A stretch of DNA of 32,000 bases from Haloferax volcanii DS2. Its GTDB lineage: Archaea; Halobacteriota; Halobacteria; Halobacteriales; Haloferacaceae. The notes below the pieces were generated by a model. It was not told the origin of the DNA. It ran no database searches and saw only the letters and a list, made by a program, of their open reading frames with translations. The stretch is taken from the NCBI RefSeq assembly GCF_000025685.1, contig NC_013967.1, positions 1,320,001-1,352,000 on the forward strand, in the 5' to 3' direction. This document shows, one piece after another, positions 1-7,609 of this stretch. Position numbers and translations under genes: made by a program. How positions within the stretch are numbered: position 1 is the stretch's first letter; each line of letters starts with the position of its first letter.

Positions 1-576
1 CAGCCCACCGAGCGGTCGGGAGCCATCTTCCCCGACGCCGCCGAGAAGGCCGCGGAGTTCATCTGGACCTGCGACGCCTACGAGATTCCGCTCCTCTACC
101 TCTGTGACACGCCCGGCTTCATGGCCGGGTCGCAGGTCGAAAAGGACGCCATCCTGGAGAAGGGCAAGAAGTTCATCTACGCCACGTCGTCGGCGACGGT
201 GCCCAAGCAGACCGTCATCGTGCGGAAGGCCTACGGCGCGGGCATCTACGCCATGGGCGGCCCCGCCTACGACCCCGAGAGCGTCATCGCGCTCCCCTCG
301 GGCGAAATCGGTATCATGGGCCCCGAAGCCGCCATCAACGCGGTGTACGCGAACAAGCTCGCCGACGTCGACGACCCCGAAGAGCGGGCGCGGATGGAAG
401 ACGAACTTCGCGAGGAGTACCGCGAGGACATCGACGCCCACCGGATGGCGAGCGAGGTGGTCATCGACGAAATCGTCCCGCCGTCGACCCTCCGCGACGA
501 GCTTGCGGCCCGCTTCGAGTTCTACGCCGACGTGGAGAAGTCGCTCCCGGACAAGAAGCACGGGACCGTCATCTGA
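1..576 (+). CDS. acyl-CoA (propionyl/methylmalonyl-CoA type) carboxyltransferase beta subunit, C-terminal part; 5' end lies outside the window
   Basis: Frame 1 is open from base 1 (QPTERSGAIFPDAAEKAAEFIWTCDAYEIPLLYLCDTPGFMAGSQVEKD...). The DTPGFMxG and KAYGAGxYAMxG motifs are typical of the carboxyltransferase family. Stop TGA at 574-576. Confidence 0.85.
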   Translation, partial: QPTERSGAIFPDAAEKAAEFIWTCDAYEIPLLYLCDTPGFMAGSQVEKDAILEKGKKFIYATSSATVPKQTVIVRKAYGAGIYAMGGPAYDPESVIALPSGEIGIMGPEAAINAVYANKLADVDDPEERARMEDELREEYREDIDAHRMASEVVIDEIVPPSTLRDELAARFEFYADVEKSLPDKKHGTVI

Positions 577-600
577 GCCGAGTCGGCGGTTAATGCTCCG

Positions 601-605
601 TTTTT
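601..605 (+). terminator. T5 tract about 25 nt downstream of the carboxyltransferase stop; candidate archaeal oligo-T terminator
   Basis: ccgTTTTTccgg is one of the very few T-runs in this GC-rich window. Its position after the stop fits haloarchaeal U-tract termination. Confidence 0.35.
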
Positions 606-764
606 CCGGCGGGTAATCTCACGGTAACTGACCTAAGCGGTTCGTACTGAGGACGGCGGGGGTGGTACGGACCTCATCGTCGGCCGACTCCCGCCCGTTC
701 CGCCCATCGCGTCTCGACCCGTCTCGCCGCGACATCGGGAATCGTCGCTTGCCGATAGCCCGCC

Positions 765-1124
765 ATGAGCCACGAACTCCCCCTTCCCGAGACGTCCCGC
801 GCGGCACTCGCACACGCGGTGAGCGACGAGCACGTCCTCTGGACCGTGACGATGCTGGCGTTCGTCCTCGACGTGCTGACGACGCTCTACGGGCTCGGCC
901 GGGGGCTGGCCGAGCTCAACCCCGTGGTCCTCGCGCTCATCCCCGCGTTCGGGCCGGTGGGCGCGCTCATCTCGCTGAAACTCGTCGTCCTCGCGGTCGC
1001 GGTCGTCGCGTGGCGCGTCCTCCCGAGTCGCTACCGCGGGGCGATTCCCATCGGCGTGGCCGTCCCGTGGGGCGTCGCCGGGCTGATGAACACGCAACTC
1101 ATCCTCGTTACGGTGTTCGGGTAG
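765..1124 (+). CDS. small polytopic membrane protein (DUF5658-like, conserved E-x-NP motif)
   Basis: The 119 aa ORF has 3-4 hydrophobic helices and an AELNPV motif. Competing ORFs here are Arg/Pro-rich artefacts. Confidence 0.6.
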   Translation: MSHELPLPETSRAALAHAVSDEHVLWTVTMLAFVLDVLTTLYGLGRGLAELNPVVLALIPAFGPVGALISLKLVVLAVAVVAWRVLPSRYRGAIPIGVAVPWGVAGLMNTQLILVTVFG

Positions 1125-1563
1125 GCCGCCGGAGCGAGTCGATAAGCACGGCCCACGCGAGCCCCGCAAGTCCGATGTCGCGGGCGAGCACGTCACCAAA
1201 CAGGCCGCCTTCGACGACGAACACGACCGCGAGGTAGAGACACGTCGTCGACAGCGAGACGGCAGCGACGGCGCTCGCGGGGGCGGTGTAGCGGTCCGCG
1301 ACGATGGCCGCGCCGAAGCCGACTTCGAGAACGCCGTTTGCGAGCACGAACGTCACCGGCGAGACGACGAGAACGGGCGCGAGCCACGGGACGACGTACG
1401 CCGACCACGAAAGCGGGTCCAGAAGCTTGTGGACGCCCGCGGCGAACACCATCGCGCCGAGGCCGACCCGGGCGACGGTCGTCGGTTCGGGGGCCCGGGC
1501 GGCGACCGAGGCGGCCCAGTCGGCGACTGACGTGGCGCGCGCGGAGAGGCCGTCGAAAGCCAT
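1108..1563 (-). CDS. DoxX-like membrane protein
   Basis: The 151 aa ORF has four hydrophobic segments and a GxHKLLDP-type motif seen in DoxX-family proteins. Its 3' end overlaps the convergent gene by 17 bp. Confidence 0.6.
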   Translation of the reverse strand: MAFDGLSARATSVADWAASVAARAPEPTTVARVGLGAMVFAAGVHKLLDPLSWSAYVVPWLAPVLVVSPVTFVLANGVLEVGFGAAIVADRYTAPASAVAAVSLSTTCLYLAVVFVVEGGLFGDVLARDIGLAGLAWAVLIDSLRRPTRTP

Positions 1564-1659
1564 GTCCCGGCTAGCGACGCCGGGGAGAAAACGGTGCGGG
1601 TGGGTTACGGAGACGCGGGGCGACGCGCCGTGGCTCGGCCCAACCCGACCCGGCCCAGC

Positions 1660-2130
1660 TCAGGCGTCGTCCGCGTCGGCGGCGAACTCGCGTTTCAGCG
1701 ACAGCGCTGTCCGCTCGAACTCGCAGACGAGGTCGTCGTCCTGATTGAACGCCTCGACTTTCATCGTCACCACGCCGCGCTCGCCGTCGGAGGTCTCACG
1801 CTTGTCGAGGACGGTCGTCTGCGCGCGGAGCGTGTCGCCGTGGAACACCGGGTTCGGGTGGGACACGTCGTCGTAGCTGAGGTTCGCCACGATGGTCCCG
1901 TCTGTCGTGTCGGGAACCGAGAGACCGACCGCGAGGCTCATCGTGTAGAGGCCGTTGACCAGTCGCTCGCCGAACTGCGAGTCGGCCGCGAACTCGGCGT
2001 CGAGGTGGAGCGGCTGCTGGTTCATCGTCATGTCGCAGAAGCGCTGGTTGTCCGACTCCGAGACGGTGCGGCGCTTCTCGTGTTCGATGGTCCGGCCGAC
2101 CTCGAACTCCTCGTAGTACAGAGCGGTCAT
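1660..2130 (-). CDS. MaoC-like (R)-specific enoyl-CoA hydratase / hot-dog fold dehydratase
   Basis: MTALYYEEFEVGRTIEHEKRRTVSESDNQRFCDMTMNQQPLHLD... is a typical single MaoC dehydratase domain. I chose the internal ATG at 2130 because the upstream ORF extension is non-protein-like. Confidence 0.8.
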   Translation of the reverse strand: MTALYYEEFEVGRTIEHEKRRTVSESDNQRFCDMTMNQQPLHLDAEFAADSQFGERLVNGLYTMSLAVGLSVPDTTDGTIVANLSYDDVSHPNPVFHGDTLRAQTTVLDKRETSDGERGVVTMKVEAFNQDDDLVCEFERTALSLKREFAADADDA

Positions 2131-2152
2131 ACTGGTGCGTGTGACAGACCGT

Positions 2153-2160
2153 GATAAAAC
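2153..2160 (-). promoter_or_regulatory. TATA-like box (GTTTTATC on the minus strand) about 26 nt upstream of the MaoC ATG
   Basis: An AT-rich octamer at the canonical archaeal distance implies a leaderless or short-leader transcript. Confidence 0.35.
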
Positions 2161-2267
2161 CGTGCCGGTCGACCGCCTCGTGTGACAACTATTGCCCCGA
2201 ACGAAACCAGATAACAACCATTATAATTATCCACAATAGAGGATTTCGAAAGCGCCCGATGACGGCC

Positions 2268-2303
2268 GATTCGGTCGGCCGTTCGGTCGGTGATTCGGCC
2301 GTC
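2268..2303. repeat. three tandem ~12 bp units (gattcggtcggcc / gttcggtcggt / gattcggccgtc) upstream of gdh paralogue 1
   Basis: Read directly from the sequence. The units lie between an AT-rich block (2218-2232) and the gdh ATG at 2369. Confidence 0.6.
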
Positions 2304-2368
2304 ACTGCGGGCGCGGGACGGCGCGTCTGTCCCTCGGCTCAGCCGGCGCTCGGCCGGCACGACCAATC

Positions 2369-3655
2369 ATGGCATCCGCAGCACCATCCACCGCGACGGA
2401 CGACGAACCGACCGAAGAGACAGCCCTCGAGACGGCCCGCCGACAGCTCGAACGCGCGGCGGCGCACCTCGACGTCGACCCCGGCGTCATCGAGCGGCTC
2501 CGACACCCGAATCAGGTCCACCGCGTCTCGGTCCCCCTCGAACGCGACGACGGTTCGACCGCGGTCTACACCGGCTACCGCGCCCAACACGACAGCGTCC
2601 GCGGCCCCTACAAGGGCGGCCTCCGGTTCCATCCCGACGTGACCGAAGCCGAGTGCATCGGCCTTTCGATGTGGATGACGTGGAAGTGCGCCGTGATGGA
2701 CCTCCCGTTCGGCGGCGGCAAAGGCGGCGTCGTCGTCGACCCCAAGGACCTCTCGACCGACGAGAAAGAGCGGCTCACCCGCCGGTTCGCAGAGGAACTT
2801 CGCCCCTTCATCGGTCCAACGAAAGACATCCCCGCGCCCGACATGGGCACCGACGCCCAGACGATGGCGTGGTTCATGGACGCCTACTCGATGCAAGAAG
2901 GCGAGACGAAGGCGGGCGTCGTGACGGGCAAACCCCCGGTCGTCGGCGGGAGCGAGGGCCGCGACACCGCGCCCGGCCGCTCCGTCGCCATCATCGCCCG
3001 CGAGACCATCGATGACCTCGGCTGGGACATCGAAGACACCACCGTCGCGGTACAGGGGTTCGGCTCGGTCGGCGCGCCCGCCGCGCGACTCCTCGACGAC
3101 GAGGGCGCGACGGTCGTCGCCGTCTCCGACGTGAACGGGGCCATCTACGACCCCGACGGCCTCGACACGCACGACGTGCCGACCCACGAGGAGGAACCGG
3201 AAGCTGTCATGAAGTACGACGCGCCGCGGAAGCTCTCGAACGAGGAACTGCTCGAACTCGACGTGGACGTGCTCATCCCGGCCGCCGTCGGCAACGTCCT
3301 GACCGCCGAGAACGCCGACGACGTGCGGGCTGACCTCGTCGTCGAGGGCGCGAACGGGCCGACCACGTCGGCCGCGGACGAAATCTTCGAGGCGCGCGGG
3401 ATTCTGGTCGTCCCCGACATCCTCGCCAACGCCGGCGGCGTCACCGTCTCGTACTTCGAGTGGTTGCAGGACCTCAACCACCGCTCGTGGTCGCTCGAAC
3501 GCGTCCACGACGAACTGGAGACCGAGATGCTCCGCGCGTGGACCGCCGTCCGCGAGCGCGTCGAGGAACACGACGTGACGTGGCGCGACGCCGCCTACAT
3601 GGTCGCGCTCGAACGCGTCTCCGAGGCCCACGAACACCGCGGCCTCTGGCCCTGA
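2369..3655 (+). CDS. gdh: glutamate dehydrogenase (Glu/Leu/Phe/Val dehydrogenase family), paralogue 1
   Basis: 428 aa, with the catalytic GGGKGG motif, [12 protein letters not shown], the VQGFGSVG Rossmann motif and [10 protein letters not shown]. Confidence 0.92.
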   Translation: MASAAPSTATDDEPTEETALETARRQLERAAAHLDVDPGVIERLRHPNQVHRVSVPLERDDGSTAVYTGYRAQHDSVRGPYKGGLRFHPDVTEAECIGLSMWMTWKCAVMDLPFGGGKGGVVVDPKDLSTDEKERLTRRFAEELRPFIGPTKDIPAPDMGTDAQTMAWFMDAYSMQEGETKAGVVTGKPPVVGGSEGRDTAPGRSVAIIARETIDDLGWDIEDTTVAVQGFGSVGAPAARLLDDEGATVVAVSDVNGAIYDPDGLDTHDVPTHEEEPEAVMKYDAPRKLSNEELLELDVDVLIPAAVGNVLTAENADDVRADLVVEGANGPTTSAADEIFEARGILVVPDILANAGGVTVSYFEWLQDLNHRSWSLERVHDELETEMLRAWTAVRERVEEHDVTWRDAAYMVALERVSEAHEHRGLWP

Positions 3656-3673
3656 ACCGGGCCGGCGACGAGT

Positions 3674-3683
3674 CGATATTTCA
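3674..3683 (+). promoter_or_regulatory. TATA-like box (cgatatttca) about 28 nt upstream of the citE-like ATG
   Basis: The only AT-rich patch in the 51-nt spacer, at the canonical distance. Confidence 0.35.
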
Positions 3684-3706
3684 CCGCCCCCCTCGATACA
3701 CACACC

Positions 3707-4546
3707 ATGCCCCGACGCAGCGTTCTGTTCTCCCCCGGCGACCGACCCGAGCTACTGCGGAAAGCCCCCGGCGCGGGCGCGGACGTGCTCGTCTTCGACC
3801 TCGAAGACGCCGTCTCGCCCGACAGGAAAGCCGAGGCTCGGGAGGCGGTCGCTTCGGTCCTCTCGGACCCCGAGTTCGACCCCGACGCCGAGGTCGCGGT
3901 CCGCGTCAACCCCGGCGACGCCGGCCGCGACGACATCGCCGCCGTCTGCGCCGCCCACCCGCCAGATTCGCTCGTCGTCCCGAAGGCGACGAGCGCCGAC
4001 GACGTGACGAGCGTCGCCGGCGCGGCTCGCGAGGTCGGCGCGGACTGCCCCGTCATCGCCATCGTCGAGAGCGCGGCGGGCGTCCTCGCCGCCCCCGAGG
4101 TCGCGGCCGCGCCCGACACCGCTGCCGTCGTCTTCGGCGCGGAGGACTTCGCCGCCGACGTGGGCGCGACCCGGTCCGAGGAGGGAACCGAAGTGCTGTA
4201 CGCCCGCGAGCGCGTCGTCGTCGCGGCCGCGGCCGCCGGCGTCGACGCCATCGACACGCTCCACGTCGACTATCGGGACGAGGCGGGGCTCCGCGAGGAC
4301 GCCGCGTTCGGCCGGCGACTCGGCTACGACGGGAAACTCGCCATCCACCCCGCGCAGGTGCCCGTCATCAACGAGGCGTTCTCCCCCGACGACGAGGACG
4401 TGGCGTGGGCGAAGAAGGTGCTCCGCGCCCGCGACGAGGCCGCGAGGGAGGGTCGGGGCGTCTTCGGCGTCGACGGCGAGATGATAGACGCCCCGCTCGT
4501 CAAACAGGCCGAGAACATTCTCGACCGCGCCGGCGAGTCGTACTGA
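3707..4546 (+). CDS. citE: HpcH/HpaI aldolase / citrate lyase beta-like (CitE-like) acyl-CoA lyase
   Basis: 279 aa. RRSVLFSPGD...DVLVFDLEDAV, ESAAGV...FGAEDFAADVG and IHPAQV are the conserved CitE / malyl-CoA lyase family blocks. Confidence 0.85.
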   Translation: MPRRSVLFSPGDRPELLRKAPGAGADVLVFDLEDAVSPDRKAEAREAVASVLSDPEFDPDAEVAVRVNPGDAGRDDIAAVCAAHPPDSLVVPKATSADDVTSVAGAAREVGADCPVIAIVESAAGVLAAPEVAAAPDTAAVVFGAEDFAADVGATRSEEGTEVLYARERVVVAAAAAGVDAIDTLHVDYRDEAGLREDAAFGRRLGYDGKLAIHPAQVPVINEAFSPDDEDVAWAKKVLRARDEAAREGRGVFGVDGEMIDAPLVKQAENILDRAGESY

Positions 4547-4708
4547 GCGCACCCGGACCGACGCGCCGGCGCGAGACCGGCCCGGCCCGATACCGACTCG
4601 GCCGGACGCCCGACGACTGTCACCTTTTAGCAATGGGTGTGTGTCTCAATACTGTGGTATGCTACAATCCCCGCTACGCTTAACCGGATGCCCGGACCGT
4701 ATTAGGGC

Positions 4709-5962
4709 ATGGCACAAGAGGCGAATCCCTTCGAGAGTCTGCAGGAGCAAATCGACGACGCGGCCACCTACCTCGACGTGCGCGACGACGTTATCGAGCG
4801 GCTGAAGAACCCCGAGCGGGTCCTCGAAACGAACCTCGCCGTCGAGATGGACGACGGCGACGTGGAGCTGTTTCGCGCCTACCGCTCGCAGTTCAACGGC
4901 GACCGCGGCCCGTACAAAGGCGGGATTCGCTACCACCCGAACGTCAGCCGAGACGAGGTGAAGGCGCTTTCGGGCTGGATGGTGTACAAGTGCGCCGTCG
5001 TCGACATCCCCTACGGCGGCGGCAAGGGCGGTATCGTCATCGACCCCAAGGCGTACTCCGAATCCGAACTCGAGCGCATCACCCGGTCGTTCGCCAAAGA
5101 GCTTCGCCCCCTCGTCGGCGAGAGCCGCGACATCCCCGCGCCCGACGTGAACACCGGCCAGCGCGAGATGAACTGGATTAAGGACACCTACGAGACCCTC
5201 GAAAACACCACCGCGCCGGGCGTCATCACCGGCAAGGCGCTCTCGAACGGCGGGAGCGAGGGCCGCGTCGAGGCGACGGGCCGCTCGACGATGCTCACCG
5301 CCCGCGAGGCGTTCGACTACCTCGGCCGCGACATCGAGGGCGCGACCGTCGCCGTCCAGGGCTACGGGAACGCCGGCTCCATCGCCGCGAGGCTCGTCGA
5401 GGACCTCGGCGCGTCGGTCGTCGCCGTCTCCGACTCCTCCGGCGGCATCTACGACCCCGACGGCCTCGACACCCGCGCGGTCAAGGATTTCAAAAACGAG
5501 ACGGGCACCGTCTCGGACTACGAGGGCACGGAGGCCATCACCAACGAAGAGCTGCTCACCCTCGACGTGGACCTGCTCGTCCCCGCCGCGCTGGAGAACG
5601 CCATCGACGGCGAACTCGCCCACGACGTGAAGGCGGACGTCATCGTCGAGGCCGCCAACGGCCCGCTCACGCCCGACGCCGACGACGTGCTCACCGAGCG
5701 CGAGATCCACGTCTTCCCCGACATCCTCGCCAACGCCGGCGGTGTCACCGTCTCGTACTTCGAGTGGGTCCAGAACCGCCAGCGGTTCTACTGGACCGAA
5801 CAGCGCGTCAACGACGAACTGGAGCGCGTCATCGTCGACGCCTTCGAAGAGCTCGTCGACGCCTGCGAGAGCCACGACCTGCCGAACTTCCGCACCGCGG
5901 CCTACGTCGTCGCCATCCGCCGCGTCGTGGACTCCTACGACTCAGCCGGCAACTGGCCGTAG
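4709..5962 (+). CDS. gdh: glutamate dehydrogenase, paralogue 2
   Basis: 417 aa with the same family motifs ([36 protein letters not shown]). By eye it matches paralogue 1 at roughly half of aligned positions. Confidence 0.92.
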   Translation: MAQEANPFESLQEQIDDAATYLDVRDDVIERLKNPERVLETNLAVEMDDGDVELFRAYRSQFNGDRGPYKGGIRYHPNVSRDEVKALSGWMVYKCAVVDIPYGGGKGGIVIDPKAYSESELERITRSFAKELRPLVGESRDIPAPDVNTGQREMNWIKDTYETLENTTAPGVITGKALSNGGSEGRVEATGRSTMLTAREAFDYLGRDIEGATVAVQGYGNAGSIAARLVEDLGASVVAVSDSSGGIYDPDGLDTRAVKDFKNETGTVSDYEGTEAITNEELLTLDVDLLVPAALENAIDGELAHDVKADVIVEAANGPLTPDADDVLTEREIHVFPDILANAGGVTVSYFEWVQNRQRFYWTEQRVNDELERVIVDAFEELVDACESHDLPNFRTAAYVVAIRRVVDSYDSAGNWP

Positions 5963-5978
5963 CGTCGGAGCCGGTCGT

Positions 5979-6072
5979 CGCCTCGACGTTTCGCCCTGCC
6001 GCCTCGACGTTTCGCCCTGCCGCCTCGACGTTTTCGTCCTGCCGCCTCGACGTTTTCGTCCTGCCGCCTCGT
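5979..6072. repeat. tandem minisatellite: 2 x 21 bp (cgcctcgacgtttcgccctgc), 2 x 22 bp (cgcctcgacgttttcgtcctgc) and a partial fifth unit
   Basis: Units at 5979-5999, 6000-6020, 6021-6042 and 6043-6064, then cgcctcgtcgcctcg. Intergenic, 17 nt after the gdh2 stop and about 150 nt before pyrB. Confidence 0.9.
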
Positions 6073-6225
6073 CGCCTCGTTGTTCGACCGGTTCGCCCCG
6101 CTTCTGTGTCCGCCGCGACCGCCGGCGCGGTCGCAGACGCTGCCAATTCTGTGCATGGTGGTGAATATCACTCGAAGCGTCCGATGCCGGGGGATTCAAG
6201 TCGGTGTAGGTCGCGTCATTCATCG

Positions 6226-7140
6226 ATGCGTCAGGACCACCTCATCTCCGCGTCGCACCTCTCGCGGGAGGACATCGAGGCGGTGCTCGACCGCGCGGCC
6301 GACATCGACGCCGACCCGGCCGCGTTCCGGCAGCGACACGCCGGAAAGGTTCTCGGGCTCTGTTTCTTCGAGCCGAGCACGCGAACTCGGATGAGCTTCG
6401 ACTCCGCGATGAAACGCCTCGGCGGCCAGACCGTCGATATGGGACCGGTCGAGTCGTCGTCGGTCAAGAAGGGCGAGACGCTCGCCGACACCGTCCGCGT
6501 GGTCGAGGGCTACGCCGACGCGCTCGTGCTCCGCCACCCGAGCGAGGGCGCGGCCACGATGGCCGCCGAGTTCGTCGACGTGCCGCTCGTCAACGCGGGC
6601 GACGGCGCGGGCCAGCACCCGAGCCAGACCCTCCTCGACCTCTACACCATCCGAGAGAACGCCGGCCTCGACGACCTCACCATCGGCATCATGGGCGACC
6701 TGAAGTACGGCCGAACGGTCCACTCGCTGGCCGAGGCGCTGACGAACTTCGACGCCAGCCAGCACTTCATCAGCCCCGAGAGCCTGCGACTCCCCCGAAA
6801 CGTCCGCTACGACCTCCACGCCTCGGGCGCGCAGGTCAGAGAACACACCGAACTCGACGAGGTGCTCCCCGAACTCGACGTGCTCTACGTGACGCGCATC
6901 CAGCGCGAGCGCTTCCCCGACGAAAACGAGTACCGCAAGGTCGCGGGACAGTACCAAATCGACTCGGAGACGCTGGACGCGGCGGCGGACGACCTCACTA
7001 TCATGCACCCGCTCCCCCGCGTGGACGAGATTTCTCCGGACATCGACGACACCGACCACGCGACGTACTTCGAACAGGCTCACAACGGCATCCCGGTCCG
7101 GATGGCGCTTCTGGACATCCTCCTCTCCCAAGACCGATGA
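6226..7140 (+). CDS. pyrB: aspartate carbamoyltransferase catalytic subunit
   Basis: [24 protein letters not shown]..., with STRTR, HPSQ and HPLPR motifs. An in-frame alternative ATG exists at 6184. The track ORF start at 5764 runs through the repeat and is not credible. Confidence 0.93.
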   Translation: MRQDHLISASHLSREDIEAVLDRAADIDADPAAFRQRHAGKVLGLCFFEPSTRTRMSFDSAMKRLGGQTVDMGPVESSSVKKGETLADTVRVVEGYADALVLRHPSEGAATMAAEFVDVPLVNAGDGAGQHPSQTLLDLYTIRENAGLDDLTIGIMGDLKYGRTVHSLAEALTNFDASQHFISPESLRLPRNVRYDLHASGAQVREHTELDEVLPELDVLYVTRIQRERFPDENEYRKVAGQYQIDSETLDAAADDLTIMHPLPRVDEISPDIDDTDHATYFEQAHNGIPVRMALLDILLSQDR

Positions 7141-7604
7141 CAGACGACCACCAACTCCGCGTCTCGAAGATTCGAAACGGCACCGTCATCGACCACGTCG
7201 CCGCGGGGCAGGCGCTCAACGTCCTCGCCATCCTCGGCATCGACGGCACCAGCGGGGAGGCGGTCTCGGTCGGGATGAACGTCCCCTCCGACCGCCTCGG
7301 CCGCAAGGACATCGTGAAGGTCGAGGGCCGCGAACTGAGCCAGTCCGAGGTGGACGTGCTGTCGCTCATCGCGCCCGCCGCGAGCATCAACATCGTCCGC
7401 GACTACGACGTGGTCGAGAAGAACCGGGTCGTCCGCCCCGACGCCGTCGCGAGCATCATCTCGTGTCCGAACAGAAACTGCATCTCGAACGCCGACGAGC
7501 CCATACAGTCCCGCTTTACGGTCCTCTCGGACGGCGTGCGCTGCGACTACTGCGAGACCATCGTCCGCGAGGACGAAGTCGCGGCCAACCTCGACGTGAA
7601 CTGA
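7137..7604 (+). CDS. pyrI: aspartate carbamoyltransferase regulatory subunit
   Basis: [14 protein letters not shown] start and a C-terminal Zn-binding CPNxNC...CxYC motif. ATGA start/stop overlap with pyrB. Confidence 0.93.
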   Translation: MTDDHQLRVSKIRNGTVIDHVAAGQALNVLAILGIDGTSGEAVSVGMNVPSDRLGRKDIVKVEGRELSQSEVDVLSLIAPAASINIVRDYDVVEKNRVVRPDAVASIISCPNRNCISNADEPIQSRFTVLSDGVRCDYCETIVREDEVAANLDVN

Positions 7605-7609
7605 CCGCG

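Noticed and set aside
2151-2642. A 163-aa plus-strand ORF starting in the gdh1 upstream region and running into gdh1 out of frame.
   Set aside because: Its product is low-complexity and Arg/Ser/Pro/Thr-rich, and it overlaps a bona fide Gdh frame. The repeats it crosses are more plausibly non-coding.
3460-4683. A 407-aa plus-strand ORF and 293/220-aa minus-strand ORFs across the citE-like region. Similar ORFs lie at 2339-3703 and 4646-5875, antisense to the gdh genes.
   Set aside because: They have poly-Arg/Gly composition and no motifs, whereas the alternative frames give textbook Gdh and CitE-like sequences.
5979-6072. Possibility that the tandem array is a small CRISPR array.
   Set aside because: The units are directly abutting with no spacers, the unit length of 21-22 bp is too short, and there are no cas genes or leader. 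It is a minisatellite.
5764-6225. N-terminal extension of the pyrB ORF to 5764 (458 aa), and repeat-containing ORFs on both strands (for example 5742-6164 and 5942-6223).
   Set aside because: The extension overlaps the gdh2 3' end and reads straight through the 21-22 bp tandem repeat, producing repeated peptides. PyrB homology starts at MRQDHLIS (6226).
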